This document shows positions 37,527-50,090 of a DNA stretch of 64,000 nt, one piece after another. The translations under genes and the position numbers were made by a program. The first letter of the stretch is position 1. Each line of letters starts with the position of its first letter. The DNA comes from Orbicella franksi (lineage: Eukaryota). The notes under the pieces were generated by a model that was not told the DNA's origin, ran no database searches, and saw nothing but the letters and a program-made list of their open reading frames with translations. The stretch covers positions 20,832,001 to 20,896,000 of the forward strand of contig OZ116709.1 in assembly GCA_964199315.1 (NCBI GenBank). The letters run 5' to 3'.

Positions 37527-39109
37527 GAGAAAGAGAGATGTTTTCAACTCGCGAGTCAAATTAGCATATGCCTGTTATTTCAGACAGTGGTCAATGCTTC
37601 CACCAATAGACGACAACTAAGCTCTGTCTCGTGCATGGCCATGGTTACCGACTACAGCCAATGACGCAAACCTGTATACTGTTAGTGACATTGCATCATT
37701 TCGCCATAATGCTTTCATTTTATGGTCGTAGCCGGATTAAAATTCTTACCAAGGCAATATTAGGGAAAATGCTTTTGTATATTGATATATATATTTTTTA
37801 AATGCATAGCCTCTTACAAGAACTTGAAATTAACAAACAAAATTCCGGTATGCCTATGGTACTACAATATTGAGCTCACTTTAAAGTTCATTTTCTCGGA
37901 AAGCAAGCAATGACGTGATTCTAGCCGAGCGTTCAACGATGGAATAAAAATACGTCCGCCGCTGTCTGCTAACGCTAACACTAGGGGTTCTGTTATTTCA
38001 TTGGCTGGCGGCTTTTCGTGGTGGCATTTCTCTCTGAGAAGGCGTGATATGTTTAAATCTTTAGGGGGTGAAAACTCGCACTCGCTTTTTAAAAGAATCC
38101 CTCCTCTTTAAATGAATTAAAGGGGTATGTAAGATAGATGAATTCCCGGAAACTTTGAACAGAAGCGGAACAAAAGCGGCCCCTAACGCAACACCTTTTG
38201 GGAATGTTTTGGTACTAGAACTTGACAGATCTATAAAAATATAACCAAAATAAATACAAGAAAATGCTTACACCATTTGAGCGATTGATGCTTTGTCATT
38301 AACGCTGCACAGTTATTTTGCATCAACGATAGTATTTCATTCCCCAATAGTTTGACGCAACGCTTCACTCTGTCATTTTGGCATTTACGCGCTTCCGCCG
38401 CCTTAGGAAATTAAAGACCAAAATGTAGCGTAATTTAAACAAATTCTACGTTTCATAACCTTTCTACTAATACATAGTTTGTGGGTATTTCTTTGAAAAG
38501 AGCGCGTGTAGGAACTTTTGTTTGAAGGACACCCACGAACTGCTTAGTCTCCTGCGCGGCTATTATTAGGGTGGTCACGCAAGCGCTGCGTGATGACCCT
38601 AATAACGGCAACGGTTATATTTCCATCAGAAACGGACATCTTACACTAGCTCTACATTTTAATTTTCAGAGACGCTATACAACTAAAGTACTTTTCCCAG
38701 AAAAATATCTTCGTCAATCGTAACGCGAACAAAATTAATATTAGCATACCACTGCATAGGTGAGGATCAGTGTCTTTTCGTATTTTCGATCGCCGCAGAT
38801 AAAGTAAGTTTATAGCTCAAGTTATAACGACTTTGTTTTTTTTTTTCTAAAATAAAACAGAAATTAGCGAACCTATGTAAAGGATAGGTCTTCGTTCATT
38901 TCTTTCGCCAATGTAATTATTGTGAAAGTCAGCCCAACGTGTAGTAATAACAGTGCCGACAAAACGGTTCTTATATATCGCAAACATGTGATATGACTCA
39001 TCATAAAGAGGATAAGCTACTTTTAAAAGTCATTTTGATAGTTTACACCTGGAATAACTATCCTATCCTCAGTTATTTCTCCTTGAGTTACAGAGGGCAC
39101 ATGTGCCTT

Positions 39110-41932
39110 TCAACAAGGGTATTTTTCTTTTGGAACAACTTTGGATAGCGAAAAAGGGTTTTCCGTATCAGATGTTTGTTGCCAAGTTGTTCTACAGTCT
39201 GTCCGAGTCTGTAACACATTTGAAGTCCTTCTTTCATCGCCACCTCCATTTGGTCTTCCTTTCCTTCTTCTTCATACAAGAGAGCTTGTTCAGTTTTTAC
39301 CATGACTTTCCACATGTGATCCTCATCTAGTTCTCTCTCGGCAACACGTTCCGCCTCTTCGAGTAGATTTCTTGCTTCTTCAAAGTTACCTTTCTTCTTG
39401 TGGCAAACTCAGTAGTTTTTTAAAGTCAGAATACTCTCTTTATGACCATCCATCCCCAACTTTTTCATCATTTCTAGGGCCTTCTGGTAATACGATAGTG
39501 CTCTATCCAGTTCAGTCTTGTTTCCGGAAAAGAAAAGTAGGTCGGCAAAGTCTTTTAGGCACTGTGCAGTCATAAAATGTTCACCAAGACACTTGTTAAA
39601 AAGCTGCCATGTTTGCTTAATCTTTTGGGCAGCCTCACTCTTTTCCTTGCGACGTTTATCGAGTCGTCCAGCAAATAGCAATGTTGCTGCTCTTTCAGGA
39701 TGTTCAGGGAGTTTTTCTTTGTAGATCTGCAGTGATTTCAGGAAAACTTTTTTAGGTTCATCTGATACTTTGCTTTCTGAAAGAAATCGGGCATAGCTAT
39801 GAAGATAAATGACTTCTGACAACGGTTTTGTCTCAAAATCAATACCCTTTTCTTCATAGAGCTTTCTGGCTTTCTCCATATGGGCATTCTACTTTGCTGT
39901 GTCGCCTACTTTTCTAACTTCATGCCCAAGAAGGCACAAACGTTCCACTCTGTGCACTGGTTGAGTTCCCGAGTCAAACGTTTCCAACAACCTTTCCGGG
40001 ATGGAAATGTAAAATCTCGGAAGAACACACATTTCTAAATACATGCACTTTTGGGGAAAATCATCGAGAAAAGTTTTACAGGATTCCACGATATCGCCAT
40101 CCTTCTTTTCCCTTCCTTGAGCGTAGATTTGAAGAAAATACTCGAAATTGTTCCTGTCCGCGTTAAATGCTTCAACTGACTCTCTGCAAGTGTTCTTACT
40201 CCAGTACCTATTGGCATTTTCAGCCAGGCGAGACATAAAGTGAGCACACGCCAATTTGTCCCCCGCAGCAACAAGATGGGGATACTCAGCATCACCAAGC
40301 TTCTTTGCTAAAGCTTGAATAAGCGGATGCATCTGATACATTCGGGAGCTTGGTTGCTCGAGAAGTGATCTGTTTTTCAGGGAGCGAAGAATGGAACCAG
40401 GCAGAGTTCCAGGAATCGAGCATGCTTCCATAAAAGCCTCAGCAGCATCTGAATTAAATGGACCCTGGAACACAGACAGGAGAACGAAGGCTTCTTTATG
40501 TTCAGCTTGAGTCAGAAGGTCAAATGAGGTCTTGATTGCATTTTCCACTGATGTTTCATCGTCTTTTAGATCACACAAAGGCTGCTCCTCCAGGTGCTTT
40601 ATTAGCTTTTCTTCCGTGAAGTCGGAGAGCGGTGACCCAACAATGCAAAGCGCCAATGGAATCCGGCCACATAGCTCAACTAATCTCTCTGTCTTGCAAA
40701 GCTTATTTCGAGTATCATCATCGTAGATTCGAGAGACAAGAATACGTTATGCCTCATCGGCTAAGACCGGGTTTAGTCTTACTTCCCTCAACTGCAAATT
40801 GGGATCTTTAAACGTTTTTCTTGTAGTAATGACAAATGTCACCTTTTGCTTCGACAACATTCTTACCGCGCGTAAGATGTTTAGGAACAAACCTCGATCT
40901 TTCGACTCAAGGACACCATCTGCATTGTCGAGGACAAACGTAACTTGCGTTTGGATCTGTTTGCTCCAGTCTTTGAGCCACTGCTCCGAATTCTCTGGCG
41001 CTTTTGTGTGGATTGTACCGCATGAATGGATCATTTCTGTGGCTACTTCATTGAAGGATCTCTGTGTCAGTAGACTGCAAAACAAGACAGTCCTATCGTT
41101 TACTGGTTTGGTTAGTTCATGACCCACTTTGTTGGCCACAGTTGTCTTTCCAAATCCCGGTCCCCCGGTAATCAGAACAACAGGCACTGTGCCAGTTCGT
41201 ACAATTTCTTTGACTTCCTTTATTTCTTTCTCACGACCAAACATAAGTTTCTCTGGTACTTTGTCTGGAAGAAAGCTGCAAAGGTTAGAAGTAGCGTCGT
41301 CTGACTCGGCATGTTGTTCCACTCTCCTCCACTGTTCGACTTGCTTCGCCACCGCTCGTCGAGTGTCGTGATCGATAGGATTGGTCTTCAGGTCCTGTAT
41401 TTTCTTTCGGTAGACACTAGTTTCAAGTGACTCTAAAGACGTGGATATCTTGCTCCACTTGTCTTCGAATTCGCCATTAGGAATACCGGTGGAAACACTG
41501 TGACACAGCTCATTTCTGAAGCATTCGATTCGGACGATGTTTGCTTCCAGACTGACATCACCATCCGCAGGCATTTTGTGCCATCCAGTTGGAGGCGCCG
41601 TTAGGTGACAGATTTGACGAAGCAATAAATGCAGCAGCGTTATGTCGAACGTTTTCGAGTCTGGTGGATCACCTAAAGTTGGAAATAACTTTTCCCACTG
41701 GTCATCAAATATTACCCGCCTGGATTTCAGACTTTGAAGCTTGCGAAGATTGTTGTTTAATACGTGCTGTAATGTCGCGGGTGGATGAACAGAATGTAAA
41801 ACCTTTCTGAGAATGTGTTCCTCCATCAACCAGTAATCGTGCCAGTCTTGTGCCATTCGTCTTTTCTTCCGATATAGCATTGACCGATGATCCAGAGGAA
41901 CCAGCAAAAGAAGCTGCGGCGGCAGCTGCCAT
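39110..41932 (-). pseudogene. NLR-like gene 4: HEPN-STAND-TPR pseudogene
   Basis: 1-nt deletion at ~41812, nonsense codons at 40747, 39889 and 39409 (all in one frame), and a 1-nt deletion at ~39130. Confidence 0.9.
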
Positions 41933-42041
41933 GTTCGTGTCTTACTGAGATTCCTCGAAATAATATACTGTCAAAGCACCTTTTCCGAGAAATGTCGTTT
42001 TCAAAATGATTTCCAAGCTAAAGTTGGAATTAAGCATGACA

Positions 42042-43536
42042 TAGCCTGCGTAGCAAGCGTTTCTGTGGGGTTCGGGAGCAAAGAATTACGGCGCGAAAAA
42101 TGGAGCGAGTAAAAGAGGGGGGAGGGGGAGGGGAAGGAAGGAAGGAAACGCTTGCAGACAAACCCCTGGATTTTAAAAACCGCCCACTTGGCCTTTCATG
42201 CCTGAGTGCGCACACTGAGATTTCGTGCTGTCATCGCCTGTCATAAATTAACCAATAAGATCTTCGGCCTTCCGTAGCGGAAGTGAACTTTGAACCAAAA
42301 TAAACTTTACTTGTCAAAATATGTCTGAAACAACGAGCGCACAGTGGGAACGGAGAAATCTCGATGAATTAAATTTGGTATTTATACTCAATCCGTCTAA
42401 AAGGAAGGACTGCAAGGATGAAGTTTTAGCACAAATCTGCCAGAAAGTTAAAATGTGAGAAGTATCCCAGTCGCGTTAGTAATCCTTGTGCTCGCATGAT
42501 TCGAAATCTTGGATCACTGTATTCATTCGTCCAGGATTCGATACAAGGTAAAATTAGCAAGTCAACTCCCACAAAGGCAATTCCAGTAAAGAAGCGTTTG
42601 CTGGAAACGCCAGATCCGCAAATCGGTTCGAGTGTTATCGCCTGCAGCAAAAACAAACAACGGAAAGTCTTCTCGGCAAACTTTGTAATTTGGGCAGGAG
42701 AGGCTTCAAACATCTGAGAGGGAAATAACGATAATCTTGACCAGTATCTGAATAAAGATAATCTTCCCCTAGGCGGCCTCCAAGTCAAAGTTGTTTATAA
42801 AATTTCCTCGTAAGAATTCCGCGCGACGAGACGACTAAATTTTTGGTAAGGCAAATATGTGAAAAAAACTTGCATGCTGCAGCTAACACTGTAACAAATC
42901 ATTCAGAATTGTATCCAGAGGTTCTAAATGCTGTCAACAAAAATGCTTCTAATGAAATGCCAGAGTACCTACGACAACATGTTGCCATGTAACAAGCCAG
43001 ACGAAATCACTAGGTTTTCCCACGCAGTAGTGCCAATTTTCTGTCCGGTGGTTTATTATCTCGTCCTTGGCGCATGTGGCATTCAAGAAAGTGATGTTAG
43101 AATTAAAGGAACAGCTGCAAACTGTGTCGCGCTTGCTTCTGCAATAATCGTCGGCATTGCACTACAGGATTTCTACCGTACTGTCGAAGCTGACGACTAA
43201 ACCCTCGTTCAGCGAGAAAATTAAAGCGTTTTGTAACCAAACTTCGAACGCGTCTTCCCCTTTTGTCTGGCACTAAAAGGTATTAAAATACCTTTGATCG
43301 ACACATGTCAACAATATTGGTCTAGCCCAGCCAATCACGAGCTCCGTTCGCTGGCGAACGGAGGTTTTCAAAATCCAGGGGTTTGTCTGCAAGCGTTTTC
43401 TTCCTTCCCCTCTCCCACCCCTGTCTTTCTTTTTTTGGTTCTCGCCCCATTTTCCGCGCAGACAAAACACCAAAAATCCCGTTCCTCGGTCTTTCTTTGC
43501 TTCCAAACCCCACGGAAATGCTTGTTACGCAGGCTA
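42042..43536. mobile_element. TIR DNA transposon with 9-bp TSD (Academ/Mutator-like) inserted at the 5'UTR intron donor of gene 4
   Basis: TIR tagcctgcgtagcaagcgtttc and gaaatgcttgttacgcaggcta, with long subterminal inverted repeats. TSD agcatgaca/agcattaca. The empty site is visible at 22457 and ~36995. Confidence 0.75.
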
Positions 43537-45426
43537 AGCATTACATGACTTACATTGTTACAGTCTGGACCACAGAGTCCATTTCGAAGTGTATCAGATG
43601 TGTAAGATCCGTGCGGTTCATTCTAGTAAACCGTCTTAAAATATTAAGAGACTAATTGATAAGAAAGCACTTTCAAGTTTCGAGAACGACACTTTCAGTT
43701 TCTGAGAAAGACTCATGATTAATTCGTGAGTTAAATTCGCATATGCTTGTCTCGGGCTGTCACAGGTTTGCCTGTGCTTGCCTCATTTTTGACAGGGTTC
43801 AGCATTTCGGCCAATAAAACACGACTTTCGTGCGTGGCCATGTTTACCGACTTCAGGCAATGAAGCAAGACTGTAAACTATTAACGACAATTTATTTGCT
43901 CTCTGGCGATTTCGTCATATATAATTCATTCATTTTTACCCATAGGTCCTATTTCTTTTTTGCAAATTCATTTAAATTAAGTCTTGTTCCATTGCCACAT
44001 CGCATCACTCTCCACAGTTTTTCGGAAAGAAAGCAATGACAACGCCGTTTTACCGAAACTTCTTGCGCTCGGAACAGGCGGTAAATAACCCTTGCTCACA
44101 AGCTCTTTGTACGTAACACGATACCTTTAATTTCAAGCCAATCACTGAGTTGTCCGTGGATGTGTGACGCCTTAAAATAGCTTTCAAGCAACAAAGCGCA
44201 ATTAAGCGTCTTTTTGTCAAGAATCAACACGCGACTAATCTGTTCTTCATTGTATTCATTATGCTTTCATTTTTACCCAAATGTCTCATTTCTTTTCTGC
44301 AAATTATTCGTATGGATGACCCTTGAGCTATGATAGCAACGATACTTCAATAGTGATTCCAGAGACTTGTTCTATAAATTGCCACATCGCATCACTCTCC
44401 ATAGTTTCTCGGAAAGAAACTTGGAACACCCGGTGAATATTCCTTGTTCACCTTTTGTCCCCTAATTAACACGATACCTTTAATTTTAAGCCAATCAGCT
44501 GGTTTACTCACGCTTTAAAAAAGCTGTCAAGTAACAAAGAGCAGTCAAGCACTTTTTTTGTCAAGAATCAATACGCGACCAATCTATTGTTCATTGTAAT
44601 CATTATATACATCATACGGTTTCGAAGAGCAGTGAGAAATGGCGAAGGGTAACTCTTCCCAATACTGGTCTGGATATCTTACTCAGGGTCGCTTCAAGCC
44701 ATTCTCTTCTACATACATTTCCAGCTTTGTTTTGGTTTAGTCTGCTTTATTGTGACTGTGCGATTTTCTTTTCAGTTACGTAAATTAGTAATGGCGCACA
44801 TGTAGAGTGCGTCGCCATTGAAATATTCTTCTCAGTCCGTATTCTCTATCACACCTGCCAATCATTCAGTTAACAGAGCAAGTACGAATTTTTGTCTGAA
44901 GGAAACCGACGAAGGCTTAGCGTAACCTTAAGTCGGTTATATTTTCATCACAGACGGACACCTTACACTACGTCTACATTTTAATTTTCAGAGACACTAT
45001 ACAACTAAAGAACTTTGCCGAGAAAAATATCTTCAAACGTACGCGAACAAAAATTAATATTGGCATACCACAACATAGGTGAGGATCAGTGTCTATTCCC
45101 CTAGACGGTATTTTTCATCACCGCAGGTAAAGTAGTTTAAAACTCAAGATAACGGCATTGTTTCTATTCTAAAATCAAAAAAAGTAGCGAACCTATGTAA
45201 CAGACAGGCCTTCGTTCATTTCTTTTGCCGGTGTAACTATTGTAAGAGTCACCCCAACTTGTAGTAATAACATTGCTGACAAAATGGTTCTTATATATGG
45301 AAACTTGTGATATGACTCATCCTAAAGAGGATAAACTGCTTTTTGAAAAGTCAGTTTGATAGTTTACATCTAAAGTAAAGATCTTCTCAGTTATTTCTCT
45401 TTGAGTTACAGCGGGCATATGGCCTT

Positions 45427-48249
45427 TCAACGAGGGTACTGTTCTTTTGGAAAAAACTCTGGATAACGATTTAGAGTTTTCCGTATCAGATGTTTGTTGC
45501 CCAGTTGTTGTACAGTCTGTCCCAGTCTGTAACACATTTGAAGTCCTTCTTTCATCGCTATCGCCATTTGGTCTATCTTTCCTTCTTCTTCATACAAGAG
45601 AGCTTGGTCAATTTTTACGATTGCTTTCCACTTGTGATCCTCATCTAGGTCTCTCTCGGCAACACGTTCCGCCTCTTCGAGTAGATTTCTTGCTTCTTCA
45701 AAGTTACCTTTCTTCTTGTGGCAAATTCCGTAGTTTTTTAGAGTCAGAATACTCTCCTTATGACCCTCCATCCCCAATTTTTTCATCATTTTTAAAGCCT
45801 TTTGGTAATAGGATAGTGCTCTGTCCAGTTCAGTATTGTTTCCAAAAAAGAAAAGTAGGTCGGCAAAGTCTTTTAGGCACTGTGCAGTCATAAAATGTTC
45901 ACCAAGACACTTGTTGAAAAGCTGCCATGCTAGCTTCATCTTTTGGGCAGCCTCACTCTTTTCTTTGCGACGTTTATCGAGTCGTCCAGCAAATAGCAAA
46001 GTTGCCGCTCTTTCAGGATGTTCAGGGAGTTTTTCTTCGCAGATCTGCAGCGATTTCAGGAAAACATTTTTAGGTTCATCTGATACTTTGCTTTCTGAAA
46101 CAAATCGGGCATAGCTGTGAAGATAAATGACTTCTGACAAAGGATTTGTCTCAAAATCAGTGCCCTTCTCTTCATAGAGCTTTCTGGCTTCCTCCGTATA
46201 GGCATTGTACTTTGCTGTGTCGCCTACTTTTCTAACTTCATGTCCAAGAAGGCACAAAAGTTCCACTCTGTGCACTGGTTGACTTTCAGAGTCAAACGTT
46301 TCCAACAACCTTTCCAGGATGGAAATGTAAAATCTCGGAAGAACACACATTTCTAAATACATGCACTTTTGGGGAAAATCATCGAGAAAAGTTTTACAGG
46401 ATTCCACGATATCGCCATCCTTCTTTTCCCTTCCTTGAGCGTAGATTTGAAGAAAATACTCGAAATTGTTCCTGTCCGCGTTAAATGCTTCAACTGACTC
46501 TCTGCAAGTGTTCTTACTCCAGTACCTATTGGCATTTTCAGCCAGGCGAGACATAAAGTGAGCACACGCCAATTTGTCCCCCGCAGCAACAAGATGGGGA
46601 TACTCAGCATCACCAAGCTTCTTTGCTAAAGCTTGAATAAGCGGATGCATCTGATACATTCGGGAGCTTGGTTGCTCGAGAAGTGATCTGTTTTTCAGGG
46701 AGCGAAGGATGGAACCAGGCAGAGTTCCAGGAATCGAGCATGCTTCCATAACAGCCTCAGCAGCATCTGATTTAAATGAACCCGGCAACAGAGACAGGAG
46801 AACGAAGGCTTCTTTATATTCAGCTTGAGTCAGAAGGTCAAATGAGGTCTTGATTGCATTTTCCACTGATGTTTCATCGTCTTTCAGAACATCCAAAGGC
46901 TGCTTCTCCAGGTGCTTTATTAGTTTTTCTTCCGTGAAGTCGGAGAGCAGTGATCCAACAATGCAAAGCGCCAATGGAATCCCGCCACATAGCTCAACTA
47001 ATCTCTCTGTCTTGCAAAGCTTATTTCGGATATCATGATCGTAGATTCGAGAGACAAGAATACTCTTTGACACATCGACTGAAACTGGGTTTAGCCTTAC
47101 TTCCCTCAACTGCAAATTGGGATCTTTAAACGTTTTTCTTGTAGTAATGACAAATGTCACCTTTTGCTTCGACAACATTCTTACCGCCTGTAAGATGCTT
47201 AGGAACGAACTTCGGTGTTTCGACTCAAGGACACCATCTGCATTGTCGAGGACAAACGTAACTTGCGTTTGGATCTGCTTGCTCCAGTCTTTGAGCCACT
47301 GCTCCGGATTCTCTGGCGCTTTTGTGTGGATTGTACCGCATGAATGGATCATTTCTGTGGCTACTTCATGGAAGGATCTCTGTGTCAGTAGACTGCAAAA
47401 CAAGACAGTCCTCTCGTTTTCTGGTTTGGCTAGCTCATGAGCCACTTCGTTAGCCACAGTTGTCTTTCCAAATCCCGGTCCCCCGGTTATCAGGACAACA
47501 GGCACTGTGCCAGTTTCTACAATTTCTTTGACTTCCTTTATTTCTTTCTCACGACCAAACATAAGTTTCTCTGGTACTTTGTCTGGAAGAAAGTTGCAAA
47601 GGTTAGAAGTAGCGTCGCACTCGTCATGTTGTTCCGCTCTCCTCCACTGTTCGACTTGCTCCGCCACCGCTCGTCGAGTGTCGTGATCGATGGGATCGTC
47701 CTTCAGGTCCTGTATTTTCTTTCGGTAGACACTAGCTTCAAGTGACTCTAAAGACGTGGATATCTTGCTCCACTTGTCTTCGAATTCGCCATTAGGAATA
47801 CCGGTGGAAACACCGTGACACAGCTCATTTCTGAAGCATTTGATTCGGACGATGTTTGCTTCCAGACTGACATCACCATCCGCAGGCATTTTGTGCCATC
47901 CAGTTGGAGGCGCCGTTAGGTGACAGATTTGACGAAGCAATAAATGCAGCAGCGTTATGTCGAACGTTTTCGAGTCTGGTGGATCACCTAAAGTTGGAAA
48001 TAACTTTTCCCACTGGTCATCAAATATTACCCGCCTGGATTTCAGACTTTGAAGCTTGCGAAGATTGTTGTTTAATACGCGCTGTAATGTCGCGGGTGGA
48101 TGAACAGAATGTAAAACCTTTCTAAGAACATGTGTTCCTCCATCAACCAGTAATCGTGCCAGTCTTGTGCCATTCGTCTTTTCTTCCGACACAGCATAGA
48201 CCGATGATCCAGAGGAACCAGCAGAAGAAGCTGCGGCGGCAGCTGCCAT
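45427..48249 (-). CDS. NLR-like gene 5: intact single-exon HEPN-STAND-TPR (~940 aa)
   Basis: Likely start MAAAAAASSAG at 48249; RNELCH, GGPGFGKT, FVLDNAD, CGGIPLAL, MHPL, TPR-like helices; ends EQYPR*. Confidence 0.92.
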   Translation of the reverse strand: MAAAAAASSAGSSGSSVYAVSEEKTNGTRLARLLVDGGTHVLRKVLHSVHPPATLQRVLNNNLRKLQSLKSRRVIFDDQWEKLFPTLGDPPDSKTFDITLLHLLLRQICHLTAPPTGWHKMPADGDVSLEANIVRIKCFRNELCHGVSTGIPNGEFEDKWSKISTSLESLEASVYRKKIQDLKDDPIDHDTRRAVAEQVEQWRRAEQHDECDATSNLCNFLPDKVPEKLMFGREKEIKEVKEIVETGTVPVVLITGGPGFGKTTVANEVAHELAKPENERTVLFCSLLTQRSFHEVATEMIHSCGTIHTKAPENPEQWLKDWSKQIQTQVTFVLDNADGVLESKHRSSFLSILQAVRMLSKQKVTFVITTRKTFKDPNLQLREVRLNPVSVDVSKSILVSRIYDHDIRNKLCKTERLVELCGGIPLALCIVGSLLSDFTEEKLIKHLEKQPLDVLKDDETSVENAIKTSFDLLTQAEYKEAFVLLSLLPGSFKSDAAEAVMEACSIPGTLPGSILRSLKNRSLLEQPSSRMYQMHPLIQALAKKLGDAEYPHLVAAGDKLACAHFMSRLAENANRYWSKNTCRESVEAFNADRNNFEYFLQIYAQGREKKDGDIVESCKTFLDDFPQKCMYLEMCVLPRFYISILERLLETFDSESQPVHRVELLCLLGHEVRKVGDTAKYNAYTEEARKLYEEKGTDFETNPLSEVIYLHSYARFVSESKVSDEPKNVFLKSLQICEEKLPEHPERAATLLFAGRLDKRRKEKSEAAQKMKLAWQLFNKCLGEHFMTAQCLKDFADLLFFFGNNTELDRALSYYQKALKMMKKLGMEGHKESILTLKNYGICHKKKGNFEEARNLLEEAERVAERDLDEDHKWKAIVKIDQALLYEEEGKIDQMAIAMKEGLQMCYRLGQTVQQLGNKHLIRKTLNRYPEFFPKEQYPR

Positions 48250-48481
48250 GTTTGTTGCTGACTGAGATTCCTCGAAATAATATACTGTCGAAGCACCTTT
48301 TCCGATAAATGTCGTTTTCAAAGCTTACATGGCTGCAGCCTGGACCATTTCGAAGTGTATCAGATGTGTTAGATCCGTTCGGTTCGGTCGTAGTAAAACG
48401 TGCTAAAATATTAAGAAACTACTTGATGATAAAGCACTTTCGGATTAGAAAAAAGACCCTTTCAGTTCCGAAGAAAGACTC

Positions 48482-48492
48482 TTTCAGTTTCC
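48482..48492 (-). promoter_or_regulatory. ISRE-like motif upstream of gene 5
   Basis: tttcagtttcc, with degenerate neighbours at ~48460 and ~48510. Confidence 0.45.
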
Positions 48493-49369
48493 GAGAAAGA
48501 CGACAGCTGTTTTCAGTTCGTGTGTCAAATTAGCATATGCCTCTCTTATTTCAGACAGGGGTCAATGCTTCCACCAATAGAACACCACTGAGCTCTTGTG
48601 CATTGTCATGGTTAACGAGTACAGAGTATGATTGGAAACGGTAAACGGTCAGTGACAACGCATTTTTTTTCTGCCTGTTTCGATTTCACTGTAAATGCTT
48701 TCATTTTTACCCATATGTCTCATTTCTTTAATTTTCTGCAAATTATTCGTATGGATGACCCTTGAGTTATGATAGGTACGATACCTCAATATTGAGTCCA
48801 CATTGCATCACTCTCCATAGTTTCTCGGAAAGAAACTTGAAACAGCCGGTGAATATCCAGTGTTCACCTTTTGTCCCGTGATTAACGCGATACCTTTAAT
48901 TTTAAGCCAATCACTAAGTTGTCTGTGGTTTACTCACGTCTTAAAATAGCTGTCAAGCAACAAAGTGCAATCAAGCACTTTTTTGTCATGAATCAACACG
49001 CAACTAATCTGTTGCTCATTGTATTCATTATATGCATCATACATTGTTAATGTTTTCATTGTTTCGAAGAGCACTGGTAAATGGGTCGTTGATAAAATGG
49101 AAATGGAATGATGACCTATATTAGCCAGCGCGGGGTAACTCTTCCGAGTACTGACCTGGATATCTTATTCAGTGTTGCTTCAAACCATTCTCTTGTACAT
49201 ACGTTTACAGCTTTGTTTTGCTTTGGTCTGTCATATTGTGAGTGTGGGTTTTCTTTCCAGTTACGTGAGTTAGTAATGGAGCACATGTAGAGTGCTTCGT
49301 CATTGGAATAATCTTCTTTGTCCGTATTATCGACCTGCCAATTATTCAGGTACATGATGCATTACGGCA

Positions 49370-50090
49370 TTAAGGAAAAAAAAAAAAGTAACCAGCTTAG
49401 TGAGAAGACAGAATAAAAATAAAATACAAACGTTCGCTGGCTAAAAATTTTTCAAAAAGAACATGAGCTTTCGGCTGTCGATCTACAGCCTTCGACGGAT
49501 AAAAAATGGAATACAGAATGATAAAATATAAGCAAGAAAAGGCGAGATAAAAACAAAAGCAAAGTAAAAATGTGTAACTTAGGTGACTATTGTTTAAAAA
49601 GAATACTATACTGGTTTGGAATCGGCTTAGAATTATGGTCAGCATGTTTGGTCGCAGAGGTGTGCCAAGCCTCCAAAGTTTTTTAAATGCGAAAAGAGCC
49701 TTTGTCGATGACGCTGGAATTGTCAAAATCTATGCGATGGTGACCATGCATGTTTCGCAATGTTTGATCCATTAGCACATGCTTTAACATTCCTGATATG
49801 TTCTTTCTTACGAGTTTCAAAACACCGGCCGGTTTCGCCTACATAACACCAATCACAATCGGCGCAGGGCATCTTATAAATCGGTTGATGTTCAATAGAT
49901 GGTCTGAATTTGAGCGAAGGAAATTCTTGTTGCAAAGTCTTGAAGGGCTTATTTACAACTTGAATGTCGTGCCTTCGAAGAATTCTTGTTAGTGGTTGCG
50001 TGACACCATTGATGAAGGGGAGGACAGCAAAACTGTTAGGATTCTCTTGTGGCGAAGCCCATTTAAAAAACATGCAAACCAAAGACGGAA
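49370..50090 (-). mobile_element. Decayed Penelope-like fragment (GIY-YIG end + 3' tail)
   Basis: AVLPFINGVTQPLTRILRRH..IYKMPCADCDWCYVGETGRCFETRKKEH..SNIAKHAW. The homologous flank at ~58270-58350 lacks the insert. Confidence 0.85.

Larger units (their letters stand above)
28378..41932. repeat. Segmental duplication, copy B
   Basis: Collinear with 11721-26874 (see copy A). Confidence 0.9.

Noticed and set aside
19814-47745. Many recurrent short ORFs on both strands within the STAND genes (MLLQSYLSS.., MGSLNVFLVV.., MVMLSIPILL.., MFPEKKS..)
   Set aside because: They are antisense or alternative-frame shadows of the long STAND ORFs and recur only because the genes are duplicated.
49470-49500. 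Hammerhead in the second Penelope fragment tail
   Set aside because: Stem II and GAAA are present but the core reads CCGTCGA rather than CTGANGA, so it is probably inactive.
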